Source: an uncultured bacterium (GTDB lineage Bacteria; Actinomycetota; Acidimicrobiia; Spongiisociales; ZC4RG35). Taken from it: 64,000 bases of DNA. Positions 35,923-44,478 of the stretch are shown piece after piece. How positions within the stretch are numbered: the stretch's first letter is position 1; every line of letters starts with the position of its first letter. The DNA lies in assembly GCA_963751005.1 (NCBI GenBank), contig CAVVSY010000004.1:384502-448501 (forward strand), given 5' to 3'. A program made the position numbers and the translations under genes. The notes under the pieces are model-generated. The model was not told the origin of the DNA, did no database searches, and was given only the letters and a program-made list of their open reading frames with translations.

Positions 35923-35974
35923 CCGTTCTGTGCGGATCCGCGACGCCTGGAGCGGCGCAGATCCGCACAGAACG
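35923..35974. terminator. Long hairpin between convergent clpB and a membrane-protein gene (16-bp perfect stem CCGTTCTGTGCGGATC / GATCCGCACAGAACGG, 20-nt loop), a candidate bidirectional terminator
   Basis: Read directly. It starts 26 nt after the clpB stop and ends 9 nt after the minus-strand gene stop. Confidence 0.5.
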
Positions 35975-35982
35975 GGGTTGGG

Positions 35983-36390
35983 TCAGGCGGTCGTTCGCTC
36001 CTCGACGTCCTTCATCCCCAGACCGATCAGGACGAATACGACTCCCATCAATGTCGCCATGCCGGCCACCCCGAATGCCACCACCGAGGTGAACAGCGAG
36101 CTCTGCAGGAATGCGGCGCTCTGGGCCACGGCCCGGAGCGGGTCATCCCGATCCAGCTCGGCGTAGGTCTTGCCTTCGGTCGCCTCCAAGGCGTGCTTCT
36201 CGATGACCTTGGCCTCGCAGTAGGCGCTGAATGGCCCGTCGACCTCGTCACCGGCGAGACACGAGGCGTCCTCGGCGACGGTGATCTGCTGATCGGCCAG
36301 GGTGTTGCTGACCATGACCCAGGTGGCGACGCCACCGAGGATCAGCACGACACCGAGGGCGATCGAGGATATGTATGCGGCTTTTCTCAT
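35983..36390 (-). CDS. Hypothetical two-TM membrane protein
   Basis: 135 aa. N-terminal TM SSIALGVVLILGGVATWVMV and C-terminal TM VVAFGVAGMATLMGVVFVLIGLG. No recognised domain. Confidence 0.6.
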   Translation of the reverse strand: MRKAAYISSIALGVVLILGGVATWVMVSNTLADQQITVAEDASCLAGDEVDGPFSAYCEAKVIEKHALEATEGKTYAELDRDDPLRAVAQSAAFLQSSLFTSVVAFGVAGMATLMGVVFVLIGLGMKDVEERTTA

Positions 36391-36421
36391 TTCGGTTCCT
36401 CTTCTATTCGTTTCAATCCGG

Positions 36422-37107
36422 TCACCATCTCGGGCCGGCCATCGGCGGTGAGACCATCTCCATCTTGGTGTTGTCGACGTCCCAGGTCAGGTGGTCGACA
36501 ACCGAGACGACACCGTCGAGACGGCGGGCCAGCTCAACCAGAAGTTGTGCATCGCTACGAGTCTCGAGCTTGCCGGTGAGAGTCACGTTGCCGTCCTGGC
36601 ATCCGATCGCCAACCGTCGTGCATCGATCCACAGGACCTTGCGCACCACATGATCGGTGAGCTCGCCGATGATCTCGTTGTCGGGGCGTGCGAACACCCT
36701 GAGGATGTCGCGGCGGCTGACCAAGCCGACCAGGGTCCCGTCGGCACCCACGATGGGAAGTCGCTTGACTCCTTCGCCGTGCATCAACCGGGCGGCATCG
36801 ATGTGGTCGTCGTCTTCGGTACAGGGTCAACACCTCGCTGGTCATCGCGTCCACGACACGACGCTCACCGTGCTGAACGTCGTCCCGGTGCAGCCAGCGA
36901 AGCAGTCCGGCGCGCTGCGCCGATCTCCTCCCGGCCTCCTCCTTCACGAAGTCCGCTTCGGTGATGATCCCGACGAGGGCACCCTCGGCGTCGGTGACCG
37001 GCAGACCGCTCACCTTGGCCTCGATCATACGCCGCGCCGCTTCCTTCGAGGGGTGCGTCGGGCGCGATGGTGATCACGTCTGTCGTCATCAACTCTCTGA
37101 GCTTCAT
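36422..37107 (-). CDS. CBS-pair + BON domain protein; two frameshifts
   Basis: Start MKLRELMTTDVITIAPDAPL with strong RBS AGGAGGTGA. Second CBS ...LPIVGADGTLVGLVSRRDILRVF.... C-terminal BON ...GNVTLTGKLETRSDAQLLVELARRLDGVVSVVDHL. Confidence 0.75.
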
Positions 37108-37281
37108 CGTCACCTCCTGTCTCTGCTTCCGATGCTGCCCGGAGACCGTTCGAGGGCATAGGGACCAAAGACCTTTCGGCTGGTGCCTCTCCCACCCAGT
37201 AGGTCCCATGCGTTTGGGACTTCCGGCGGTGTCCGGCGATGTCTCGCCACGAGAGGATTGGGGGAACAGAAAGGAGCCACC

Positions 37282-37662
37282 ATGACAGTTCGTGACCTCG
37301 TCGGAGGAGAGGTGGTGTGGATCGCACCGGAGCGCACCATGCGCGAAGCGGTGCAACTCATGGCCAACAACGACATCGGCGCCCTCGCCGTGGAGGTGAA
37401 AGGAAGGCTCACCGGGATCGTCACCGAGCGCGACGTACTCGACGCGTGTGCCAAGGACCTCGATCTCGACCAGACCGTCGTCTCGACATGCATGACCTCG
37501 TACCCGGACGCCTTCGATCCGGAGATGGACGTCGCCACCGCGGCCGACTGGCTGCTCGGTGCCGGTTACCGGCACCTTCCGGTGGTCGACGGAGACGTCG
37601 TGATCGGCATGCTGTCGATCAAGGACATCCTCTGGGCGCTCACCGCACCCTCCGAGATCTGA
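37282..37662 (+). CDS. CBS-pair domain protein
   Basis: MTVRDLVGGEVVWIAPERTMREAVQLMANNDIGALAVEV...RHLPVVDGDVVIGMLSIKDIL. RBS AAGGAG. Confidence 0.8.
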   Translation: MTVRDLVGGEVVWIAPERTMREAVQLMANNDIGALAVEVKGRLTGIVTERDVLDACAKDLDLDQTVVSTCMTSYPDAFDPEMDVATAADWLLGAGYRHLPVVDGDVVIGMLSIKDILWALTAPSEI

Positions 37663-37663
37663 C

Positions 37664-38125
37664 ATGGAGCCGCTCAGCCGTGAGAAGTCGCTGGAGATCC
37701 TCGACCAGGCCATGGTCGGTCATCTCGGCGTCATCAGTGACGGCGAGCCCTATGTCACCCCCACGTCGTTCGTGCGCGACGGAGACCGCCTCATGTTCCG
37801 CACCAAGCTCGGGCGAAAGCTGCACGCGTTGAAGGAGCATCCCAGGGTGTGTTTCGAGGTGGCTCACCTCGACGATGAGAGCGGCGACTGGGAGAGCGTC
37901 GTCGTGTTCGGGAATGCCGTCGAGGCACTGGATCGGGAGACAGGGGAGCTGACGATTCATCTGCTCTACGAGAAGTACCGACGCTGGCTGGGGTCTCCGC
38001 TCGACCGCGGCGGATTGCAGCCCCTACCGGGTTGGCCTCAAGTGATGGTGATCGAGATCGAGAGCATCTCGGGGCTGTCCTCGCACGATGGCTTCTCCTC
38101 ACGGGCCCGGCCGGGGCGTCTCTGA
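37664..38125 (+). CDS. Pyridoxamine 5'-phosphate oxidase-family (FMN/F420-binding split-barrel) protein
   Basis: MEPLSREKSLEILDQAMVGHLGVISDGEPYVTPTSFVRDGDRLMFRTKLGRKLHALKEHPRVCFEV...; PPOX-like. Confidence 0.75.
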   Translation: MEPLSREKSLEILDQAMVGHLGVISDGEPYVTPTSFVRDGDRLMFRTKLGRKLHALKEHPRVCFEVAHLDDESGDWESVVVFGNAVEALDRETGELTIHLLYEKYRRWLGSPLDRGGLQPLPGWPQVMVIEIESISGLSSHDGFSSRARPGRL

Positions 38126-38589
38126 TGTTCGTCCAGTACTTCACCCATGTCCCCGTCCCAATCAGTGTCGTGGAGGCGCGGATCGACCAGGTGCGAGGCA
38201 GCCTGGAAGACTGGGCAGATATCGCCTACCGGGAAGGTGAGGAGCTACGCGCCGAAGTGGGCCCTGGCCCGAACACCCATGCCAAGACGGTGCGTCTCGA
38301 CATCGGGCTCGCCGAGATAAGACGGGCCGGCGTGGTGTATCCCGTCTCCTGGACCGCGACCGGAGCAAGTGCTCTCTTCCCTCGTCTCTCGGCCGATCTC
38401 ATTCTCAGCCATGTCGGCAAGGAGCGGACCCGGATCGGCCTCGAAGGCACCTACGTCCCGCCGCTCGGTGCGATGGGCCGGGTGCTCGACAGAGTTGCAC
38501 TCAAGAGATTCGCCGAGGCCACCGTTCAGGATTGGGTCGATCGGGTCGCCGCCGCGGTCACCGACCCGGTCCGGTCAGCGGAGGGGTAG
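38125..38589 (+). CDS. Hypothetical protein (possibly SRPBCC-like fold)
   Basis: Start overlaps the upstream stop (TGATG). No motif recognised. Ends overlapping the convergent histidine kinase by about 15 nt. Confidence 0.5.
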   Translation: MFVQYFTHVPVPISVVEARIDQVRGSLEDWADIAYREGEELRAEVGPGPNTHAKTVRLDIGLAEIRRAGVVYPVSWTATGASALFPRLSADLILSHVGKERTRIGLEGTYVPPLGAMGRVLDRVALKRFAEATVQDWVDRVAAAVTDPVRSAEG

Positions 38590-39688
38590 CTCGGCGCTGA
38601 CCGTCGTGCCTGCCGGCGAACTGCTGATGTCGAGCGTTCCGCCCCAGCGGCTGGCTCGAGTGCGCAGGTTCCCCAGACCCATCCCCGGCAGAGACCAGGG
38701 CGGCGTCGAATCCGGCGCCGTCGTCGTGGACCCTCACTATGAATCGATCCTCCTCGACGGCCACGGTGACTGCGACGTGATCGGCGCCGGAATGACGGAG
38801 GGCGTTGGAGAGGGCCTCCGTCACGATCTGGAGGACCGCATCCTCGATCTCATCGTCCGCGTCGGACGTGGCAGTGGCGGCGTCGAGGGTCACGAGGGTT
38901 GGGTAGGCCGAGGCCATTCGCTCCACGAGTTCCTCCAGTCGCCGGTCGAGGTCTCGTTTGCCGACGTCGGAGGTGCGCAACTGGAAGATGTAGCGACGTA
39001 GCGACTCGACCGAGTGATCGAGTCGGTCGACCGAGTCGAGCAGCGTCGCCTCGACCTGGGGGTTGTCCACGAGTTGGGAGATCCCCTGCAGTCCGAGGCC
39101 GACGGCGAACATCTCCTGGATCACCGAGTCGTGCAGCTCCATCGCGATACGTTGCCGGTCCTCGACGATGGCTACCCGACGGAGTCGCTCGTGGAGACGA
39201 GCGGTGTTGACGGCGGTGCCGGCGATGCGGCTCAGCGCCTCGACGACCATCTCGTCCTGGTCGTTGAACCCACCCTCTTTGTTGGTGAGATAGAGGTTGC
39301 CGAATGCCCTGCCGCCAACGGCGACGGGCACTCCGAGGAACGAGCCCATCGGCGGGTGGTTGGCAGGGAAGCCGACGGTGTCGGGGTGATGGGAGATGTC
39401 GTCGAGCCGGATCGTCACATTGAGCCGGATGACGGTTCCCAACACGCCCTTGCCCGTGGGCAGGTGGCCGATCTTGGCGGCGAGGGTGGGCGAGATGCCC
39501 TCATAGATGAAGTCCGACAGCACGCCGTGCTCCCCGATCACCCCGAGGGCGGCGTATCCGGCGCCGGTGGCGTTCATCCCCTCGAGCACCAGCTTCCTCA
39601 GGACGAGGTCGAGATCGGTCTCGCCGACCACCCCGGCGGCGGCGTCGACCAGCTCGGTGAGTCGGTCGAGGGGAGCCGCTTGCGCCAC
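38575..39688 (-). CDS. GAF-domain sensor histidine kinase (HisKA_3/NarX-DevS type); C-terminal frameshift
   Basis: GAF (...GYAALGVIGEHGVLSDFIYEGISP...VIRLDDISHHPD...), H-box MELHDSVIQEMFAVGLGLQ, HATPase (EALSNALRHSGA...DDGAGFD). Last about 35 aa are in another frame ending 38575. Confidence 0.8.
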
Positions 39689-39721
39689 TGCAGGGACGAT
39701 ACCGCTACATTCGCCAGGCTC

Positions 39722-40399
39722 ATGTCAGATCTCAGAGTGCTGTTGATCGACGATCACGAGGTGGTGCGTGCCGGGCTCAAGGCCCTCATCGACTCCGATC
39801 CCGAGATCGAGGTGGTGGGGGAGGCGGGCACCGCCGAGGAGGGTGTGCGTCGCGTCGGCTACGACACGCCCGATGTGGTGGTGCTCGATGTCCGTCTCCC
39901 CGACGGGAGCGGGATCGAGGCTTGTCGTGAGATCCGGTCCCGTTTCCCCGAGGTCAAGGTGCTGATGCTCACGTCGTTCGCCGACGAGGAAGCCTTGATG
40001 GCGGCGATCCTGGCCGGAGCATCCGGTTATGTGTTGAAACGGATCAAGGGCCAGGACCTCGTCGCCGACATCAAGCGGGTCGGCGCCGGTGACTCGCTCC
40101 TCGACGGCGAGATGACCGAGAAGCTCTTCGCCCGGCTCCGTTCCGGCCCCAAGGAGGACCCGCTCCTGGCGAAGCTGACCAACCAGGAGCGCATCATCGT
40201 CGGTCACATCGCCGAGGGCATGACCAACAAGGAGATCGCCGACGTCATGTTCCTGGCGGAGAAGACGGTGAAGAACTACGTCTCGAACCTGCTCACGAAG
40301 ATGGGGATGAGCCGCCGCAGCGAGGCGGCAGCCTATGTGGCCCGTCTCGACGCCGAGGACCCCCCACCTCCACCAGAGAGCTGGGACGAGGTGCGTTGA
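39722..40399 (+). CDS. NarL/LuxR-family response regulator (DevR/DosR-like)
   Basis: Intact. Receiver VLLIDDHEVVRAGL...VVVLDVRLPDGSG...VLMLTSFADEE. LuxR HTH LTNQERIIVGHIAEGMTNKEIADVMFLAEKTVKNYVSNLLTKMG. Divergent from the GAF kinase, with 33 bp between the start codons. Confidence 0.9.
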   Translation: MSDLRVLLIDDHEVVRAGLKALIDSDPEIEVVGEAGTAEEGVRRVGYDTPDVVVLDVRLPDGSGIEACREIRSRFPEVKVLMLTSFADEEALMAAILAGASGYVLKRIKGQDLVADIKRVGAGDSLLDGEMTEKLFARLRSGPKEDPLLAKLTNQERIIVGHIAEGMTNKEIADVMFLAEKTVKNYVSNLLTKMGMSRRSEAAAYVARLDAEDPPPPPESWDEVR

Positions 40400-40404
40400 G
40401 GGCT

Positions 40405-40840
40405 CATTCCTCGTCGCGGTCGTTCGCGTCGTCCTGTATCCGACCTCCTGGAGGACCCAGCCATTGTCGTCGGGATCGGCGAAGAAGGAGTAGGACCCAT
40501 ACTTGCGACGGTTCGGGTCCGGTCCGTCCTCCCAGCCGTTGGCGCCCATGTGCCGGATCGGGGCCACCTCGATACCGCGTCCTGTCAGATCGGCCACCGC
40601 TTCTTCGATGTCGGCGACACAGAGGTGGATGCCCTTCACCGGGGAGGCGGCGACCTCACCGAGCCCGATCCCGAACGTGATCGAGCAATCCGACCCGGGT
40701 GGTGTGAACTGCACCACCCGGAACGCATCGCCGGCCTGATGATCGACGTCGAGGTGGAAACCGGCCTTCGTGTAGAAGTCCTTGGCCCGGTCCACGTCAC
40801 CGACCGGCAACACCACGACCTCGAGCCTCATGTCGACCAT
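40405..40840 (-). CDS. VOC/glyoxalase/bleomycin-resistance family protein; C-terminal frameshift
   Basis: MVDMRLEVVVLPVGDVDRAKDFYTKAGFHLDVDHQAG...SYSFFADPDDNGWVLQE. A stop is only recovered after a +1 shift (...DANDRDEE*). Start overlaps the upstream stop (TGATG). Confidence 0.7.
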
Positions 40841-41347
40841 CAGCGGCCCGCCTGATCGTTGAACGAGGCGAGGATCAGGTCGATCCGGTCGAGACTCACC
40901 TGCAACCCCGCGTTCCATGCCGGATTCGACGACACCGTCCCGAGCCTCTCTCGTCGGATATGACATGATCACGACCATCGTCGTGATCCCATCCTCCTCG
41001 ACGAGGGTGAGCGTGTTGACGCCTTCGACATCCGGATAGGCCTCGTAGACCTCGGTCGCCACCAGACGATGGGGACGCTCCACCTCCATGAAGACCCCGC
41101 GGAAGGCGATCTCACCGAAGTCGGGGATCTGGGCTGCGTAGCGGTACTCGCCACCCACCCTGAGGTCGATCCGGCAGTCTGTCATCGGGTGCTCGGGATA
41201 CCCCCACCAGTTGCGCACGTGCTCCGGCTGAGTCCAAACGTCGAACACCAGCTCGGCGGGTGCATCGAACTTCCTCTCCATCCGGATCTCGGTGTCCGAT
41301 GGCAGCGTCAACACGGCCGACCCGGTGCGGTCGATCCTCGTTCTCAT
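40840..41347 (-). CDS. SRPBCC-family protein (AHSA1 / Activator-of-Hsp90-ATPase-homologue-like); one frameshift
   Basis: MRTRIDRTGSAVLTLPSDTEIRMERKFDAPAELVFDVWTQPEHVRNWWG.... RBS AAAGGAG. C-terminus ...LDRIDLILASFNDQAGR* in a second frame. Confidence 0.7.
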
Positions 41348-41682
41348 GTCGTCTCCTTTGCTCTGACTTCGTCGAGGTAGTCGTCGAGGCGATCGAGACG
41401 CTCGTTCCAGTGCCGCTCGTACTCGCCCACCCAGTCGTGGATCGGTTTGAGCGCCCGGGCATCCAGCCGGTAGAGACGTTGACGTCCTACGGGTCTCGAG
41501 CTCACTGCGCCCACCTCCTTGAGGACCTTCAGGTGCTTGGACACCTGCGGTTGCGAGAGTGGCACCACCGCCACGATGTCGTTGACCGACATCTCGGCTG
41601 TCCCGAGCAGATCGAGGATCTGACGGCGACGGGGCTCGGCGATGGCATTGAAGGCATCGGTGGTGGTGGCTGCTCTCGCCAT
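41344..41682 (-). CDS. ArsR/SmtB-family transcriptional regulator
   Basis: 112 aa. HTH ...LDLLGTAEMSVNDIVAVVPLSQPQVSKHLKVLKEVGAV.... Stop overlaps the AHSA1 start (ATGA). An AT-rich stretch (ATATATGCGTATATAGGAATATG) lies upstream. Confidence 0.85.
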   Translation of the reverse strand: MARAATTTDAFNAIAEPRRRQILDLLGTAEMSVNDIVAVVPLSQPQVSKHLKVLKEVGAVSSRPVGRQRLYRLDARALKPIHDWVGEYERHWNERLDRLDDYLDEVRAKETT

Positions 41683-41715
41683 GCCTCCAATATATGCGTA
41701 TATAGGAATATGTCA

Positions 41716-41760
41716 AGCGTGAGTAGTAGAAGTCGTATGGCGACTTCAACTACTCACGCT
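41716..41760. repeat. Divergent copy D of the palindromic repeat family (AGCGTGAGTAGTAGAAGTCG-tatgg-CGACTTCAACTACTCACGCT)
   Basis: Same end sequences (AGCGTG...CACGCT) and core (GAAGTCG/CGACTTC) as the other copies. Three positions differ from copy A in both arms in a base-pair-preserving way. Confidence 0.7.
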
Positions 41761-41797
41761 CGTACTCGGGATGGAGGGGATGGTTCTGCCCCGGACG

Positions 41798-41837
41798 CGA
41801 CGAAGGGGAGCGGCGTCTCCGCTGCTCCCCTTCGTCG
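41798..41837 (-). terminator. Hairpin 12 nt downstream of the CsbD-like gene stop (14-bp perfect stem CGACGAAGGGGAGC/GCTCCCCTTCGTCG, 12-nt loop)
   Basis: Read directly. Positioned as an intrinsic terminator for the minus-strand small gene. Confidence 0.5.
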
Positions 41838-41851
41838 ATGGTGGTTGCGCC

Positions 41852-42037
41852 TCAGTCCTCGGGCAGGTCGTCCACGTAGTCCTTGGCGGCGTCCTGGCCC
41901 TTGTCGACGTGCTCGGAGTGCTGGCCCCCGGTCTTGTCGTCGACCATGTCGCCGGCCTTGTCGATGCCGTCCTTGACGGCGTCCTTGTTCTCAGCGGCGG
42001 CCTGTTTGCCCTTGCTGAACCAGTCCTTGAATCCCAT
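41852..42037 (-). CDS. CsbD-like small general stress protein
   Basis: 61 aa. MGFKDWFSKGKQAAAENKDAVKDGIDKAGDMVDDKTGGQHSEHVDKGQDAAKDYV... (CsbD family pattern). Confidence 0.75.
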   Translation of the reverse strand: MGFKDWFSKGKQAAAENKDAVKDGIDKAGDMVDDKTGGQHSEHVDKGQDAAKDYVDDLPED

Positions 42038-42328
42038 GGCTGCTCCTCGGCTCGGGAAGGTGGCGCTGGAGCCTACGTGGCGGGTATCGCGGTTTGGCTA
42101 CGAGAAGGGCCAGGAACCGAATCCGGTTACCGTCGACTGGGCCCGGTCCCCGACTCGCCGAGGGGAGTCAGCTGGGCCCGCCCCCGGCCGCCATGGGGCG
42201 CCTCTAGCTCGACGACCAGAGCCTTGCCGGCGACCGCAGTGCCGCGCAGAGTCTGGATGACGCCTTTCCAGTTGCCCATCTCGGCGTCGGGCTCGAGAAG
42301 GGCCTGACCGGTGGTGAGCAGGATCCCG

Positions 42329-42748
42329 TCACCCCCCAGGATGCGGATCGGCCCGTCGTAGGTAGCTCGGCATCAGCCGTCCCCGCCATAGAGGGACCGG
42401 ATCTGGCTGCGCAGGATGATCTCGGGGTGTGCGGCCGGCCGCTTCCGCCGCCTCTTCCATCTCTTCGATCTTGTCACGGAGACGGTCGAGCTTTCGCTTC
42501 AGTCGGCGGTTCTCCTCCTGGAGGGCGATGACACGTCGCACACCCTCGAGATTCATCCCTTCGGCCGTCATCTCCTGGATCAGCTGGAGCCGTTCGATGT
42601 CCTCCTGGGAGTAGCGACGGGTGCCGCCGGGTGTCCGGAAGGGGTCGATGAGGCCCTTGCGCTCGTAGATGCGAAGGGTCTGGGGGTGCATCCCGGCGAG
42701 CTCGGCCGCCACCGAGATCACGAACACGGCACGTGTGGAATCCGTCAT
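42329..42748 (-). CDS. hspR: MerR-family heat-shock repressor HspR
   Basis: N-terminal MerR HTH (VFVISVAAELAGMHPQTLRIYERKGLIDPFRTPGGTRRYSQEDIERL) and coiled-coil. Last gene of the dnaK-grpE-dnaJ-hspR operon. The C-terminal tail is possibly frameshifted. Confidence 0.85.
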   Translation of the reverse strand: MTDSTRAVFVISVAAELAGMHPQTLRIYERKGLIDPFRTPGGTRRYSQEDIERLQLIQEMTAEGMNLEGVRRVIALQEENRRLKRKLDRLRDKIEEMEEAAEAAGRTPRDHPAQPDPVPLWRGRLMPSYLRRADPHPGG

Positions 42749-42761
42749 CGGTACACATCCA

Positions 42762-43893
42762 TCATCTCAGATGAGACCTGATCTCATCGGTTTCGAACTG
42801 CGCCAGCTCCTCGAGGAGCTTCTTCTCCTCTTTGGTCAACTTCTGCGGGACCGCCACCTCCACGGTGACCAGGAGATCCCCGGTTCGTCCCCTCTCGGGG
42901 TCGATCCCCTTGCCTCTCACCCGGAAGGTCTTACCCGACGGAGTGCCGGCGGGGATCTTGACCTTGACCCCGCCATTGAGGGTGGGCACCTCGATCTTGG
43001 TGCCCAGGGCGGCCTCGGTGTACGGTGATGGGGACCTTGAGGGTGAGGTCGTTGTCCCTGCGGCCGAAGGTCGGGCTCGGGGCGACCCTGACTCTCACCA
43101 GTAGGTCACCCGCCGGGCCACCTGCAGATCCCGGCGCGCCCTTCCCCCGGAGCCGCAGGGTCTGGCCGTCCTTCACGCCGGCGGGGACCCGGAGCTTGAC
43201 GTTGCGTCTCCGGTTCTCCGCCCCGGTGCCCCGGCACTGCTGGCACCTGTCCTCGATGAGCCGTCCCGACCCCCCGCATTGCGGACAAGGTTGGGAGAAC
43301 GAGAAGAAACCCTGGTTCTGGGCGACCAGGCCGCGGCCGCCACAGGTAGGACACGTGGTGACCTGCGATCCGGGCTCCGCTCCCGTTCCGTGACATCGCG
43401 AGCAGGGTGCGGCCCCTTCCACCACGACTTCGGTCTCCACACCGGTGGCGGCGTGCTCGAATCCGATGGAGAGCTCGGTGGCGATGTCGGCGCCACGTGT
43501 TGGGCCGGCGCTGCCGGTCCGCTGCTGTGAGCCGAAACCGAACAGGTCCCCGATCCCGCCGAACCCGCTGAGGAGGTCCTGGAGATCCTCGACACGGACT
43601 TGCTGACCACCGAAGCCGCCGACCCGGCGCCGCCACCGAACCCGGAGAAGCCGCCGGTGGCGGCAAGCCGCCGCACCTGGTCGTACTCCTTGCGTTGCTC
43701 GGGGTCGGACAAGGTCGCATAGGCCTCGGAGATCTCCTTGAATCGCTCCTCGGCGGCGGGGTCGCCCTGATTGGCATCAGGATGATGCTGTCTGCGCCAG
43801 TTTCCGATAGGCCTTCTTGATCTCCTCGGGGGTGGAGGCTTCGGCCACACCCAGGACCTCGTAGAAGTCCTTCTCTACCCAATCGCGGTTCAT
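42762..43893 (-). CDS. dnaJ: Chaperone DnaJ (Hsp40); three or more frameshifts
   Basis: J domain (DFYEVLGV...[11 protein letters not shown]...HPDAN), G/F region, four CxxCxGxG zinc-finger repeats ([32 protein letters not shown]), C-terminal ...[15 protein letters not shown].... Confidence 0.85.
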
Positions 43894-44478
43894 GGCCTCG
43901 GCTTCCAGGGCGACCAGGGCCGCCCTGAGGACCTTTCCGTTCAGTCGGTAGCCACGACGCAGCTCGTCGGTGACCACCAGGTTCGTGCCGGTGCCCGTCG
44001 GGGCGCCTACCGGTTCGTGGATCTCAGGGTCGAATGGCTCGTCGAAAGTGGGGATCAACTCGAGACCCGCACCTTTGAGCACATTGAGGAGCTGCTCACG
44101 GGTGTTGATCATCCCCGAGTAGAGCTTGTCCTCGGTCTCGGTCTGAGGTTGCGTGGACAGGGCGGCATCGAAACTGTCGAGGACGGGCAGGAGACCCATG
44201 ACCACCTTCTCGGTGGCGCGATGGAGCATGACCTCGTTCTCACGGGTCGGTCCGCTTTCGGTAGTTGTCGAAGTCGGCGGCAACCCGCTTGAGGTCGTCG
44301 AGAAAGGCACTGGCCTCGGCACGGCTGTCGTGCAGCTCGCCGAGGAGCATGGCCACGGCCTCTTCCGGCTCATCGGGCAGCTCCAGACCCAGGGTGTGCG
44401 GGTCTGGAGCCGGTCTGGTGGGGAGGATCTCGCCCTCGACTACCTGGTCGGTTGACGCCCGGTGTCGTTCTCATTCAT
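43888..44478 (-). CDS. grpE: Nucleotide exchange factor GrpE; two or more frameshifts, stop not resolved
   Basis: Start ATG overlaps the dnaK stop (GATGAATGA). Core ...[27 protein letters not shown]...[36 protein letters not shown]. Confidence 0.8.

Noticed and set aside
39725-41749. 674-aa minus-strand ORF spanning 2 kb.
   Set aside because: It is a read-through of three separate genes (arsR, AHSA1-like, VOC) joined because frameshift errors removed stops. It continues antisense through the whole NarL regulator gene, which is implausible as a real protein.
42110-42340. Possible about 75-aa ORF (…DGPIRILGGDGILLTTGQALLEPDAEMGNWKGVIQTLRG…) downstream of hspR on the minus strand.
   Set aside because: No start codon in frame, and it overlaps the hspR tail in a +1 frame. 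It could equally be the displaced C-terminus of hspR after an indel. No domain recognised.
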